Shown here: positions 28,842 to 41,149 of the stretch, in pieces
How the letters are laid out: each line of letters opens with the position of its first letter
How positions within the stretch are numbered: the stretch's first letter is position 1
Assembly: GCF_902500695.1 (NCBI RefSeq)
Contig: NZ_CABVRQ010000005.1
Coordinates: 14,390-78,389 of the forward strand
Direction: 5' to 3'
Origin: an uncultured Nitrospira sp.
GTDB lineage: Bacteria > Nitrospirota > Nitrospiria > Nitrospirales > UBA8639
Length of the DNA stretch: 64,000 nucleotides
Notes under the pieces: model-generated
Told to the model about the DNA's origin: nothing
Seen by the model: the letters and a program-made list of their open reading frames with translations, nothing else
The model's database searches: none
Made by a program: the position numbers and the translations under genes

Positions 28842-30272
28842 ATGAACAATAAACTGTATTCTAACCTTGTTGTTTTTGTTATTGTCGTCACGTTCAGTGG
28901 TTGCACAGGCCTGAAAACCGACTTGGCCATTCCGGAAAACGAAATACCAACAACCTTTAAGGACAAAACAGATACCACGAATATTGCTGACATCCAGTGG
29001 AGAGATTACTTTGTCGATCCGCTCCTCCATAAATTAATTGATACCGCCATAGAGAATAACCTTGATTTGCAAATGGCGTTGCAGCGAATTGAAAATTCGC
29101 GTTCAAGTGTCAGAGCAGCAACCGGTGCCCTGATGCCGACGATGGGTTTGGGTGTAGGAACCGCTATTCGCCGATACGGAGACTACACCATGGATGGGGC
29201 AGGGAACGCGACGACCGACTTTAAATCCGGTCAAACCATTCCCGCTAATTTACCGGATCTTTTTGTGGGCTTACAGTCATCATGGGAAGTTGATATTTGG
29301 GGCAAGTTGCAAAATCAGCGCAGTTCAGCCATTTCGAAATTCCTGGCCAGTATCGAAGGGACGAGCTTTGTCGTGTCAAATCTTGTTGCCGATGTAGCAA
29401 TTTATTACAACGAATTGCGGGCTTTGGATAATGAGTTGGATATCATCAGGCAAACCCTTCACACACAGTACGAATCGTTGGAGGTGGTTGAACTGCAGAA
29501 GGAAGCCGGCAGGGCAACTGAATTAGCCGTGGAGCTATTCAAGGCTCAAGTGCTCAATACCAGTATTTTGGAAAAAGAGGTCCTTCAACAAATTGTTGTC
29601 ACTGAAAATCATATTAACTTTCTGTTAGGGCGCTTTCCACAGCCCATTGAACGGACCAAAGGCCAATATTTCACAGAAATTCTACATGAGATTTCATCGG
29701 GTGTTCCTTCACAATTATTGGCAAACCGCCCGGATGTCCGTGAAGCCGAATTTCAGATCAAGGCCAGTAAGTTCGATTTGAAAGTAGCCAAGGCCTCTTT
29801 TTTCCCAAGCTTTAATATCACAGCAAGTTTTGGGTTTCAGGCATTCAATCCCGATTTTTTATTTGTGGCGCCTTCCTCAATTGCCTATACCGCGGTAGGC
29901 ACGTTGGTCGCCCCACTTATTAATAGAAACGCGTTACACGCACAGTTCAATAATGCCGAAGCCAATCAGTTGACTGCCATGTATCAGTATCAGAAAACAA
30001 TTTTGAACGCCTATGTTGAAGTGGCCAATGAACTTTCTAATATTCATAACTTGCGAAAAATCAATACTCTGAAAAAGCAACAAAACGAAGTATTGCAACA
30101 ATCTGTTGAAACATCACACTTACTCTATAGATATGGCAGGGCAAGCTATCTTGAGGTTCTCATTGCACAACGGAATGCCCTGCAATCCAATCTCGAATTA
30201 ATTAATTTTGCCAAGCAACTTCGTATCGCGGCAGTGAAAATCTACAAGGCATTAGGCGGCGGATGGAAATAA
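28842..30272 (+). CDS. outer-membrane efflux factor lipoprotein (NodT/TolC family)
   Basis: 476 aa. Lipobox VTFSGC, duplicated TolC-type helical repeats, and the typical C-terminal ending KALGGGW. Confidence 0.9.
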   Translation: MNNKLYSNLVVFVIVVTFSGCTGLKTDLAIPENEIPTTFKDKTDTTNIADIQWRDYFVDPLLHKLIDTAIENNLDLQMALQRIENSRSSVRAATGALMPTMGLGVGTAIRRYGDYTMDGAGNATTDFKSGQTIPANLPDLFVGLQSSWEVDIWGKLQNQRSSAISKFLASIEGTSFVVSNLVADVAIYYNELRALDNELDIIRQTLHTQYESLEVVELQKEAGRATELAVELFKAQVLNTSILEKEVLQQIVVTENHINFLLGRFPQPIERTKGQYFTEILHEISSGVPSQLLANRPDVREAEFQIKASKFDLKVAKASFFPSFNITASFGFQAFNPDFLFVAPSSIAYTAVGTLVAPLINRNALHAQFNNAEANQLTAMYQYQKTILNAYVEVANELSNIHNLRKINTLKKQQNEVLQQSVETSHLLYRYGRASYLEVLIAQRNALQSNLELINFAKQLRIAAVKIYKALGGGWK

Positions 30273-30364
30273 GAGCCCTGTATGTTGGAATCATTCTTGG
30301 ATTAAGTTGAAAAAAACGGTAGGGGATGGACATTTTTCATCACCTTTGATCCGGAATATAACGC

Positions 30365-30700
30365 ATGAGAACAGGGGCGGTGTTTTTTGGATTTATATTT
30401 GGGTTGATGGTCTTCACGGGACCGGCCTTGGCCGATCTGTTCGAAGTCAAAGAAGCCGTGGAAGGGGCCATTTGTCGAAAGTTGGCCACGGATTATGCCG
30501 ACGATCCTACCACCCTTACTATACAAGCAATCGCGCAACTGCAAATCTGTCTTGCTCAAACCTTGAAAAGTACTGATTCGCCAGCATTAACAAAAAAATT
30601 TGATATAGGACCTCCTCGCCCATCGACAGGTATGGTCGAGACCATTTTACCTACCCCACCAACCCCTCCAACACCCCCCAAGTCCCTGAAGATTCGATGA
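30365..30700 (+). CDS. small secreted hypothetical protein with PTPP repeat tail
   Basis: 111 aa. Signal peptide MRTGAVFFGFIFGLMVFTGPALA and C-terminal PTPPTPPTPP. No recognisable family. Confidence 0.5.
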   Translation: MRTGAVFFGFIFGLMVFTGPALADLFEVKEAVEGAICRKLATDYADDPTTLTIQAIAQLQICLAQTLKSTDSPALTKKFDIGPPRPSTGMVETILPTPPTPPTPPKSLKIR

Positions 30701-31194
30701 GGATTGCCTTGTCGCTTTTTTCTTGAAGAACCGTCTAATTAGCAAGATACATTAAGAAGGTGAATGGAAATGGTCGTGCAAGCTTCCCCCCTTTTTGCTG
30801 TCGTGTAGTGCTCCCCCGAAATCAAGCCACCAATGAGCCTTGTTTCCCCTAATATTGATAATGATTCAGGGATTGCAACCCTTGATGGGGTCGCTCCTCG
30901 TTGTGCCATCGGATCCATCCATCTTTAAGATCTGGGTTAGGTCTTAAAGGTGGTCTCACTTTCAAGGGGGGACAGTATAGTCGGCTCATCCATCTGGTAA
31001 AGGTCTATTGCTTCAGTCCTCACTTCGGACTGGTTTCTTAAATGGATGGCGGAGTGACAAAAGAATGGGAAAGGGGTTCCAGGCGAACCCTTAAACGGCT
31101 CGGGGATCCCTCCACCGGATTTTGGTATTGAATAGAGTTGTCTCTGGAATTATCGGTTTTGTGCCAGTAATTTCGGCGATCGTCTCGAACTTGG

Positions 31195-32385
31195 TCAGGT
31201 ACCGGTCGCGGTATTCTCTTCTCGATTTCCATATCCAATCAACAGCGATTTGACCATTTCATAAAAGCCACTCACGGCAACCAGGATCGTATCGTCGCAG
31301 AACTCATAATCCGGCTGATGGAGGCCTGGTGCATGCTCACCAATGCCGAGTCCGAAATGAAGGATGGGGCAAATATCGGCAAAATGCCCAAAGTCCTCTG
31401 ACCAGCGGAAAGGTTTGGGAATTTCAATGGCCACAATTCCCGTATCCAGACATACGCGCTCCAAGGTATCCACCAAGGCATCATCGTTCACAGTCGCCGG
31501 AAAATCCTGCACCCACTCGACTTCTGCAAAGAGTCGTTCCGCTGCGGCACAATCGCGAACACACTGTTCAGCTTCGCGTTGCAAGGTTCGAAGGCTTGCC
31601 GCGGAAGCTGCACGCAGCGTGGCACACACGGTCGCTTCTCCCGGTGTAAGCCCAAACGACATAAGCCCCAGCTGGGCATGGGTCAGCGTGAGCATACAAT
31701 AGGGATTGTCCGTGATTCTGCTCAATCTGGGAAGCTCAGCTAGTAGCTGTCCTACCGCATTGGCAGGAGACCGAGCTTGTTCAGGCTCGGCCGCGTGGGA
31801 CGCTTGCCCAAGGAGACGAACTCTCATTCCGACAGATGCACTGGCAAATGTCCCCCGTCGATAGATGATATGTCCCCTGGGAAAGCCTGGTAGATTATGC
31901 AGAGTTATGGCGTAGTCCGGCCGGATCTTCTCAAAATTTGGATCATCGATAATCGCCCGTGCGCCTGCCCCTGTTTCCTCTGCGGGCTGGAACAATAGCA
32001 CCACTCGGCCACAGCTTGGCGACGTGCGATGAAGCAGTGGTGCCAGGCCCGCTACGATGGCCATATGTCCGTCATGCCCGCAGCGGTGGGCGATGTTGGC
32101 TCCGGGAACGAGCCATTGATTTTTGTCTGCTTCTTCTACAGGAAGGCCATCCAGTTCACACCGTATCATCACCGTTGGCCCAGGATGTTGTCCTTCATAC
32201 ACCGCTGCGATCCCATAGCCACCGAGATGGGTCAATAATTTGTCCGGTGCATAGGAATGCAGAAAGTTTGCGATAAGAGTTGAAGTCATGACTTCTGATC
32301 CGGCCACTTCTGGACAAGCTGCTAGGGAGCCGCGAAGCGTGACTAAAATGCCTTCAAGTATGTGGTCATGACGAATGTTCTGCAT
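31195..32385 (-). CDS. M20D family amidohydrolase (aminoacylase/hippurate hydrolase-like)
   Basis: 396 aa. HRCGHDGHMA, VLLFQPAEE and HNLPGFP blocks of the M20D peptidase family. Confidence 0.85.
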   Translation of the reverse strand: MQNIRHDHILEGILVTLRGSLAACPEVAGSEVMTSTLIANFLHSYAPDKLLTHLGGYGIAAVYEGQHPGPTVMIRCELDGLPVEEADKNQWLVPGANIAHRCGHDGHMAIVAGLAPLLHRTSPSCGRVVLLFQPAEETGAGARAIIDDPNFEKIRPDYAITLHNLPGFPRGHIIYRRGTFASASVGMRVRLLGQASHAAEPEQARSPANAVGQLLAELPRLSRITDNPYCMLTLTHAQLGLMSFGLTPGEATVCATLRAASAASLRTLQREAEQCVRDCAAAERLFAEVEWVQDFPATVNDDALVDTLERVCLDTGIVAIEIPKPFRWSEDFGHFADICPILHFGLGIGEHAPGLHQPDYEFCDDTILVAVSGFYEMVKSLLIGYGNREENTATGT

Positions 32386-32561
32386 GTTTTTATTTTATGG
32401 TGGGAAGGTGTCTCTGTCCACTTCTCCCAGATTAGTTGCGTTCGGAGCTTTGGCGATATGTGGACTTGTTGAGTCCCCGTTGATGTGTCCGAACAGGATC
32501 AGGAGAGGACATGTAAGGGGGAACAGATTTCGCGAAATCGATCAACCTCATGATCCGTGAT

Positions 32562-33578
32562 TCACTTGGCAAGGTCGAAATGAAAACGGAAATAGGCGAT
32601 GGCTTTTTCAAGGCCTTGTTTCAGTGTAATCTGAGGTTCCCATTTGAGAAGGGTTTTTGCCTTCTCAATATTGGGTCGGCGCACTTTAGGGTCGTCGATT
32701 GGAAGAGGGTGTTGCGTAATCGTGCTCGATGAGTTGGTGAGTTTGATCACTGTTTCTGCAATATCCATAACAGTGAGCTCTTGGGGATTGCCGATGTTAA
32801 CTGGGTCATGGATAGATCCGAGGTTAGCTTGAGTTAATCCGAAACGTACTGAGTCCTGAAATTCTTGATTCTTACGAAGTTCGTCTGCCGGGGCGTGGAG
32901 GAGAGCAATAATTCCCGTGACCAGATCATCGACGTAACAAAAGCTACGGGTCTGAGACCCATTGCCATATACAGTTAATGGATGGCCTTGTAACGCTTGT
33001 ACGATAAAATTGGAAACCACCCGCCCATCCTTTGGGCGCATCCGTGGACCATAGGTATTGAAAATTCTGACGATTCGGGTATCGAGACCATGAAACCGGT
33101 GATAGGCCGTGGTTAATGCCTCCGCAAATCGTTTGGCTTCGTCATAGACGCCACGCGGACTAATGGGATTGACGTTTCCCCAATAGGTTTCAGGCTGTGG
33201 GTTGACCAGTGGATCCCCATACACTTCTGAAGTACTGGCTAGGAGAAATCGCGCCTGTTTCGCCTTGGCTAAGCCCAGGGCTTTGTGCGTGCCTAACGCG
33301 CCGACTTTCATTGTGGCGATGGGAAATTCCAGATAGTCCTGTGGACTCGCCGGTGATGCAAAATGCATGACAGCATCGACTGGTCCGTCGACATGAAGGT
33401 AATCGCAGACATTGTAGTGAATAAATGAGAACTTCGGATGGCCCATGAGTGCACCGATATTCTCTGTACGTCCGGTAAGGAGATTGTCCAGGCAAATGAC
33501 TGTATGTCCTTGAAGAATCAGCGTTTCACATAAATGGCTTCCTAGAAATCCGGCGCCTCCGGTTATGAATATCCGCAT
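32562..33578 (-). CDS. UDP-glucuronate decarboxylase (UDP-xylose synthase) / SDR epimerase-dehydratase
   Basis: Start moved to the ATG at 33578 ([18 protein letters not shown] Rossmann motif). STSEVYG, YDEAKR catalytic YxxxK, and [10 protein letters not shown] are typical of UXS. Confidence 0.85.
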   Translation of the reverse strand: MRIFITGGAGFLGSHLCETLILQGHTVICLDNLLTGRTENIGALMGHPKFSFIHYNVCDYLHVDGPVDAVMHFASPASPQDYLEFPIATMKVGALGTHKALGLAKAKQARFLLASTSEVYGDPLVNPQPETYWGNVNPISPRGVYDEAKRFAEALTTAYHRFHGLDTRIVRIFNTYGPRMRPKDGRVVSNFIVQALQGHPLTVYGNGSQTRSFCYVDDLVTGIIALLHAPADELRKNQEFQDSVRFGLTQANLGSIHDPVNIGNPQELTVMDIAETVIKLTNSSSTITQHPLPIDDPKVRRPNIEKAKTLLKWEPQITLKQGLEKAIAYFRFHFDLAK

Positions 33579-33667
33579 GCGATTTATCCCTCTATACTTG
33601 TGAATTTGTGTAATCGAATGAACGGGACATCTTGTCCAAGGCTGCAAGAGTATAAGATAATAGGGTA

Positions 33668-34705
33668 ATGTCTATGCCCTTTTCAAACGATTCTCCCTTT
33701 TCTTTTCCTCTGACTCGTCGGGCTCTCTTCAAGCTTGGGGGACTGGCTTCCCTCGGCCTAGGACTTCCTGGATGCGATATGGGTTCGATGTTTGCCGTTC
33801 CTCCACGGGAGACCACGTATTTTACCTCGAACGACAAATTTTATACCGTGAATTTCATGGATGCTTCCTACAACTTTACGCGTGACCTGGATGTGGAGCA
33901 ATGGAAAATGGTGGTCAAAGGGGAGGTGGAACGCCCTGTGGTCATGAAATGGCGTGATCTGCTCAACCGGGAATCCTTTGATCAGGCTGTGACCCTGATG
34001 TGCATTGATACGCTTCCAGGGGGGAGTAGCTTGGGGACCGCCATGTGGCGAGGGATTTCCCTCAAAAAACTTTTGCAAGATATCGGAGTTGATGAAGACA
34101 CCGCCCGTGATGTGATTTTTCGAGCGGCGGACGGGTATTCCGACAGTATTCCATTTGCCAGGGCCATGGAAGATGATGTCATGTTGGCCTATCTGATGAA
34201 TGGGGAGAAACTTCCTAAGGATCACGGCTTTCCCGTTCGCCTGATTGTTCCAGGTCTCTACGGGATTAAAAATGTGAAGTGGATTACGGAAATCGAAGTC
34301 TATAACGGGGATTACCTGGGCTACTGGCAGCAAAAAGGTTGGACGGATGACGGGACCATTCATGTATTTTCCCGCATTGATAGCCCGGGGCATTATCAGT
34401 CTTTACAAGGGCTTCGACAACGCTTGCGGGGGATTGCCTACGGGGGACCTGAGAGCATTAGTGAGGTTCAACTGAGTTTTGATCAGGAGAAAACCTGGGT
34501 GTCTGCCGAAATTGAACCACCCCTGTCTCCTTTAACGTGGGTGATCTGGAATTATGATTGGAGTCCCCCAAAGCCTGGTAAACACATGGTATTTGTCAGG
34601 GCTATTGATACAAAAGGAAGGATCCAAACTTCGGAAATTACCAGACCCCAACCGGCTGGCGCGACGGGTTTGCATTCCATTATACTGGATGTGCTGAACG
34701 CTTAA
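33668..34705 (+). CDS. Tat-exported sulfite-oxidase-family molybdoenzyme (Moco + dimerisation domains)
   Basis: 345 aa. Twin-arginine signal [53 protein letters not shown], and a C-terminal Ig-like dimerisation domain. Confidence 0.85.
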   Translation: MSMPFSNDSPFSFPLTRRALFKLGGLASLGLGLPGCDMGSMFAVPPRETTYFTSNDKFYTVNFMDASYNFTRDLDVEQWKMVVKGEVERPVVMKWRDLLNRESFDQAVTLMCIDTLPGGSSLGTAMWRGISLKKLLQDIGVDEDTARDVIFRAADGYSDSIPFARAMEDDVMLAYLMNGEKLPKDHGFPVRLIVPGLYGIKNVKWITEIEVYNGDYLGYWQQKGWTDDGTIHVFSRIDSPGHYQSLQGLRQRLRGIAYGGPESISEVQLSFDQEKTWVSAEIEPPLSPLTWVIWNYDWSPPKPGKHMVFVRAIDTKGRIQTSEITRPQPAGATGLHSIILDVLNA

Positions 34706-36498
34706 AGCGGGCTATCAGCCTTTTTAGCCGTTGTGCGAATAGCGAGTTCCTGGAGTTGTTCTGGTGTGACTGTGGATGGCGCTTCGGTCATGAGGCATTG
34801 AGCCTTCTGTGTTTTTGGAAACGGGATCACTTCCCGAATTGATTCCGTCTTGCCGAGTAACATCACTAATCGATCAAGTCCCAGTGCGATGCCTCCATGC
34901 GGCGGTGCCCCTGATTCCAAGGCATCTAGGAGAAATCCAAATTTTTCACGAGCCTCCGTTTTGGAGATGTTGAGTAAGTCAAAGACTTTTGACTGAACTT
35001 GTGGCGCATGAATTCGAATACTCCCTCCTCCTAACTCAAAGCCATTCAAAACCAGGTCATAGGCTTGCGTTCGAATCTGGAGAGGATCGGTTTCCATAAG
35101 CGGGATATCCTTTGGGTGAGGAGCCGTAAACGGATGGTGCAGGGCAACATACCTTTTGGCAGCATCGTCATATTCAAACATGGGAAAATCCATGACCCAC
35201 AAAGGTTCCCACCGGTTTCGGTCAATCAATTGAAGCTCCTCTCCCAGCAGTAAGCGAAGTCGGCCCAAGACTTGATGGACGGTAGTAGCCATATCCGCGA
35301 TAAATATTAGCAGGTCCCCGGGATGGGCCGATGGAAGGGCCTCACGTAAGGCTTGAGCCTTGAAGAATTTGGCAATTGAGGAATCCAGATTGCCCTCTTC
35401 ATTAATTTTGACCCAGGCCAATCCCTTGGCCCCGAATTCTTTTGCCGTATCAATCAGATTGTCTATCCGGTTTCGGGTAAAGGCGTTTCCCCCAGGAATG
35501 ATGAGGGCTTTCACTATCCCCCCGTTTTCCACTGCACTCCGAAAGACTTTAAAATCACAGGTCGCGGCAAATTGACTCAGGTCTTGCAGCTGAAGATCAA
35601 AGCGAAGATCCGGTTTGTCCGTTCCATAACGTCCCATGGCCTCTTCAAAGGACAGCCGAGGCAGTGGGGTGGGGAGATCAATGCTCTTGGTCTCTTTAAA
35701 GACCAGTCTGACCATCTGTTCGATCAGGTTCATGATATCCTCCTGATCCACGAACGACATTTCCACATCAATTTGCGTAAATTCGGGTTGTCGATCCAGC
35801 CGAAGGTCTTCATCGCGGAAGCATCGGGCCAGTTGATAATAGCGATCCGTTCCCCCGATCATGAGAATCTGCTTGAAGAGTTGCGGCGATTGGGGAAGGG
35901 CAAAAAATTCGCCTGGGTTGACTCGACTCGGTACGAGATAATCTCGTGCGCCTTCTGGCGTGCTTTTCGTTAAAATCGGCGTTTCGACTTCTATGAATTG
36001 ATTGGCGTGAAGGTATTGTCGTACGAGATGCGACACCTGACTGCGGAGTTGAAGGAGTTCTTGCATCCTTGGCCGTCGAAGGTCCAGGTACCGGTGCTTT
36101 AAACGAAGGGTTTCTGAGGTGGTGATGGTATCGTCAAGTGCAAAGGGGAGGGGTTTGGCTTCATTGAGAATGATGAGTGATGTTGTTCGTATTTCTATGG
36201 CACCGGTCGGGATGTGGGGGTTTGCTGATCCCTCAGGTCGTAGCGTCACCTCACCGGTGACGGTGACAACGTACTCATTGCGCAGACGATCGGCTAGTTG
36301 ATGTACCTTGGGCTCATGCTCCGAATCAAACACGATTTGTGTGAGTCCGTAGCGGTCGCGAAGATCAATAAACCTCACTCCGCCATGGTCGCGACGGCTG
36401 GCCACCCAGCCGGCCAAGGTAACGGTTTGGCCCACGTGATCCAAGGAGAGTTCACCGCAATGATGTGATCGTTTCAACTGTAGGATCCTTTCCAACAC
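34702..36498 (-). CDS. aspS: aspartate--tRNA ligase
   Basis: 598 aa, bacterial type. OB anticodon-binding N-terminus, class II motifs (FRDEDLRLDRQPEFTQID, GGGSIRIH, GIALGLDR) and the bacterial insertion domain. Confidence 0.95.
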   Translation of the reverse strand: MLERILQLKRSHHCGELSLDHVGQTVTLAGWVASRRDHGGVRFIDLRDRYGLTQIVFDSEHEPKVHQLADRLRNEYVVTVTGEVTLRPEGSANPHIPTGAIEIRTTSLIILNEAKPLPFALDDTITTSETLRLKHRYLDLRRPRMQELLQLRSQVSHLVRQYLHANQFIEVETPILTKSTPEGARDYLVPSRVNPGEFFALPQSPQLFKQILMIGGTDRYYQLARCFRDEDLRLDRQPEFTQIDVEMSFVDQEDIMNLIEQMVRLVFKETKSIDLPTPLPRLSFEEAMGRYGTDKPDLRFDLQLQDLSQFAATCDFKVFRSAVENGGIVKALIIPGGNAFTRNRIDNLIDTAKEFGAKGLAWVKINEEGNLDSSIAKFFKAQALREALPSAHPGDLLIFIADMATTVHQVLGRLRLLLGEELQLIDRNRWEPLWVMDFPMFEYDDAAKRYVALHHPFTAPHPKDIPLMETDPLQIRTQAYDLVLNGFELGGGSIRIHAPQVQSKVFDLLNISKTEAREKFGFLLDALESGAPPHGGIALGLDRLVMLLGKTESIREVIPFPKTQKAQCLMTEAPSTVTPEQLQELAIRTTAKKADSPL

Positions 36499-36543
36499 CT
36501 GTCAGCTTGTGATGGGAGAACATGAAAACAAGAATACTGAAGC

Positions 36544-37812
36544 TCAAGTTTTAAACTTGAATCGACTTTTTGATGTGACGCCTGGTCGACGAGGCCGTGC
36601 CTTGCTTGTTGTGCCAGAAGTCGAAATCGTCTTCTTGCGCCTGGTGGGTTTTGGATTTCCCTGGCGCGGCCAAAACTGACCAGCAGGTCCCGATTTAGGC
36701 AAATTTTCCGTTCTTTTGATCGGCTGATCTTTGGATTCGTGGCGCTTTCCTTGGCCGGTCGTTCCCACGGGCGCTGGCGTGCTCTTCCTTCTGATGGAAT
36801 CCGGGTTTGGTGAGGGTGGCCGTGAAGGAGCTGTCGGTCTGGCCGTCGGTCTGGATGAAGGGGCTTTTTCAACTTTCTGAATAGGCTGACGAGTGGAGAG
36901 CCATGGCCGAGATTTCCCCGTCGATTCCGAAGGAGATGGGGTGCTGTTACTTCTCATGGAATTCGTGATTGCCGAACGTGGCCGTAACTGCCCTGCAGGT
37001 CTGAATGCCGGAAACTTTTCGGTTCTCTTAATCGACTGCCGGATAGCCGGACGTGGCGATTCAGGTGCGATGAGTAAATGGCGCAGGTCATTCGCTTCCT
37101 TATCTGTCAAGTATCGCGTCTGACCTGGAGGAAGGGTTCCAAGGTTCAAAGGCCCAAACTGAACACGTTTTAACCGGATCACGGGATGGCCAATTTGCTC
37201 AAACATGCGTTTGACTTGGTGCTTACGTCCTTCATGAATGGTAATTTCTACCCAGGAATTGGCTGCCGCTTTTCCAGCTTTTTTTACTTTTGCGGGAGCT
37301 GTGGGCCCGTCCTCCAACATCAGTCCATGTCGAAGGTTTTGAATTTCTGGTTCTTCTAAGATACCCTTGATTTTCACGAGATATGTTTTATGGACATGAT
37401 GTGCGGGGTGAAGGCAGGCTTGTGCAATATCACCATTATTGGTAAGCAGGAGCAAGCCTTCACTATCATAGTCCAAACGTCCGACGGGAAATAACCGGAT
37501 GGAAGGTTTCGGAACCAAGGCTTTAATCGTAGGGCGACCCGCGGGATCATGTAACGTGGAGATATATCCCAACGGCTTATTGAGCATGAGAAACATATCG
37601 GGAGGGCGGGACTTCAGGTGGCGTCCTTCGACCTTGATGTGGTCAATCGCAGGATCGACTTTGGTCCCTAGCGTCATGACCGTTTCCCCGTTGACGGTGA
37701 CCAGACCATGTTGGATAAGTTCTTCAGCCTTGCGTCTGGAGGTGAAGCCGGAACGGGCGATAATTTTTTGTAAACGAACTGTTTTCTCTGCCTGAGCCAT
37801 AGCTATTCCCAT
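36544..37812 (-). CDS. rluB: 23S rRNA pseudouridine synthase RluB-type with long basic C-terminal tail
   Basis: 422 aa. S4 domain ([20 protein letters not shown]), RsuA/RluB catalytic motif [17 protein letters not shown]. The ~170 aa Pro/Ser/Arg/Lys tail has an internal repeat. Confidence 0.85.
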   Translation of the reverse strand: MGIAMAQAEKTVRLQKIIARSGFTSRRKAEELIQHGLVTVNGETVMTLGTKVDPAIDHIKVEGRHLKSRPPDMFLMLNKPLGYISTLHDPAGRPTIKALVPKPSIRLFPVGRLDYDSEGLLLLTNNGDIAQACLHPAHHVHKTYLVKIKGILEEPEIQNLRHGLMLEDGPTAPAKVKKAGKAAANSWVEITIHEGRKHQVKRMFEQIGHPVIRLKRVQFGPLNLGTLPPGQTRYLTDKEANDLRHLLIAPESPRPAIRQSIKRTEKFPAFRPAGQLRPRSAITNSMRSNSTPSPSESTGKSRPWLSTRQPIQKVEKAPSSRPTARPTAPSRPPSPNPDSIRRKSTPAPVGTTGQGKRHESKDQPIKRTENLPKSGPAGQFWPRQGNPKPTRRKKTISTSGTTSKARPRRPGVTSKSRFKFKT

Positions 37813-39359
37813 TCGATCGTTGCTGGGGGTTTTGAGCTAATGTCATACACCACACGGTTGACCCCTTGCACTTCATTGATAATTCGATTGGACATTTTGC
37901 CCAATACCTCTGGGGGAATTACGCCCCAGTCCGCAGTCATGCCGTCCGTACTGGTGACGGCACGAATGGCGACCACCGATTCGTAGGTCCGTTGGTCGCC
38001 CATGACGCCCACAGTCTGGATTGGCAGTAGGACAGCGAACGATTGCCAGATGATCCTTGATAGTCCGGCTCGTTCGATTTCATCACGGACAATGGCATCC
38101 GCCTCACGAAGAATGGCCAGGCGCTGGGCGGTCACGGAACCAATGATGCGAATTGCTAAGCCCGGACCGGGAAAGGGTTGTCGCCAAACAATGTCATCCG
38201 GCAGACCTAATTCCAATCCCAATTGACGAACTTCATCTTTGAACAATTCTCGAAAAGGCTCAATCAGTTTGAATTTCATGCGTTTCGGTAAGCCACCGAC
38301 ATTATGATGTGTTTTGATTGTTGCCGATGGCCCTTTCACGCTCAGACTTTCGATCACATCAGGATACAGTGTCCCCTGAACGAGAAATCTGACCGTGCCT
38401 AAAGAGACCGCTTCCTGTTCGAAAACTTTGATGAATTGACGACCAATGATTTTTCGTTTGCGTTCCGGGTCTGTTGTGCGTCCCAGTGCTGACAGAAAAG
38501 TGTCTCCATGGTCAGCAATGCGAACCTTCAGATGATAGGCGGAATCAAAAGTCGTTTGTAATTGTGCCACTTCATTCTTTCGCATAAGGCCATTGTCAAT
38601 GAAGATGCAGGTCAATTGGTCTCCGATTGCCCGGTGAGCCAGGACAGCGGCCACTGTGGAATCCACTCCCCCGCTGAGTGCACAAATGACCTTCCCGCTG
38701 CCGACAGTCTCCCGGATGTCTGTCACGGCTTGTTCGATGAATGATCCCATGGTCCAAGTTGGCTCGCAGCGGCAGATATGACGTGCAAAGTTTTGAAGAA
38801 TCGTTGTCCCGTGAAGGGTATGGATGACTTCAGGATGAAACTGGATCCCAAAGAGCTGTTGTGTATTTTGGGAGGATCTCATCGCGGCGATCGGGGCATG
38901 GGCCGTGTGGGCGATCGCATGAAATCCTGGTGGAAGTTGTTGAACGGAATCCCCATGAGACATCCAGACAGGAAATGCGGTTGACGGATCAAGGCCAAGA
39001 AATAAATTCGTGTTGTCGTCAATGGTCAGATCGGCTCGACCGAATTCACGATGGGGTGTGGGGTTGACGGTTCCGCCACATTGATGGGCGAGTAATTGCA
39101 TGCCGTAGCAGATGCCCAAAATGGGTATGGCAAGGTCAAAAATTTGGCTGTCTATTTTCGGGGCATGGGCCTGAGTAACGCTGGCCGGTCCTCCGGAGAA
39201 AATAACCCCTTTGGGGTGGTAGGCAAGGATATCCTGAACCGTCGCCTGCGAGGGGAGGATGACAGAGAAAATGTGGAATTCGCGTATCCGCCGTGCGATG
39301 AGTTGCGTATACTGCGATCCAAAATCCAGAATGACAATGGTATCGTGTTGCGAGTGCAT
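37803..39359 (-). CDS. guaA: GMP synthase (glutamine-hydrolysing)
   Basis: 518 aa. GATase domain (GICYGMQ, HPE), ATP-PPase loop SGGVDSTV, and the conserved C-terminal ...KPPATIEWE. Confidence 0.97.
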   Translation of the reverse strand: MHSQHDTIVILDFGSQYTQLIARRIREFHIFSVILPSQATVQDILAYHPKGVIFSGGPASVTQAHAPKIDSQIFDLAIPILGICYGMQLLAHQCGGTVNPTPHREFGRADLTIDDNTNLFLGLDPSTAFPVWMSHGDSVQQLPPGFHAIAHTAHAPIAAMRSSQNTQQLFGIQFHPEVIHTLHGTTILQNFARHICRCEPTWTMGSFIEQAVTDIRETVGSGKVICALSGGVDSTVAAVLAHRAIGDQLTCIFIDNGLMRKNEVAQLQTTFDSAYHLKVRIADHGDTFLSALGRTTDPERKRKIIGRQFIKVFEQEAVSLGTVRFLVQGTLYPDVIESLSVKGPSATIKTHHNVGGLPKRMKFKLIEPFRELFKDEVRQLGLELGLPDDIVWRQPFPGPGLAIRIIGSVTAQRLAILREADAIVRDEIERAGLSRIIWQSFAVLLPIQTVGVMGDQRTYESVVAIRAVTSTDGMTADWGVIPPEVLGKMSNRIINEVQGVNRVVYDISSKPPATIEWE

Positions 39360-39418
39360 GAGCCTGCGAGTTAATTTGTCAACGCGGGAACTGACTGACT
39401 GTAGGGCAGAACCAGATC

Positions 39419-40882
<1,464 letters not shown>

Positions 40883-41061
40883 TTAGGCCTTGTATCCTGT
40901 CCATTGCCGAATTGGGTATGCGGAAAAGTCTTTCATCATAATTTTCTTTTAAAAGTCAGTCAATGTCCTTCTTGGTATACCAGATGGGGTTGGGAGAACA
41001 CACACCACCCAGGATCAGCAGCTAGCTGTATTCCAAGCCAAGAAATCGGGTGCGGCCTTAG

Positions 41062-41101
41062 ATAGATGCCAAAGGGTACAGGGCCTCCCGTTGGCATCTA
41101 T
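41062..41101 (-). terminator. strong hairpin ~50 nt downstream of the NHL-repeat gene (possible terminator, no U-tract)
   Basis: An 11-bp perfect stem ATAGATGCCAA (41062-41072) / TTGGCATCTAT (41091-41101) with an 18-nt loop. There is no clear T-run on the minus strand, so function is uncertain. Confidence 0.3.
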
Positions 41102-41149
41102 GGTCAATGTGGGTGGTTGTTTCCTGGGGATCCTACTAGAACTATGTGG

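Noticed and set aside
23349-30364. Direct repeats or att-like sites flanking the A/T-rich RND island, and a tRNA insertion target.
   Set aside because: Only a 7-nt TAGGGGA recurs near both borders, which is not significant. No tRNA-like sequence (no GGTTCGAATCC-type T-arm outside CDSs) and no integrase are present, so the island borders and mechanism remain undefined.
33758-34393. A 211-aa minus-strand ORF inside the Tat-exported molybdoenzyme gene.
   Set aside because: It is fully contained antisense within a CDS that has strong family motifs and a Tat signal. It has no motifs of its own.
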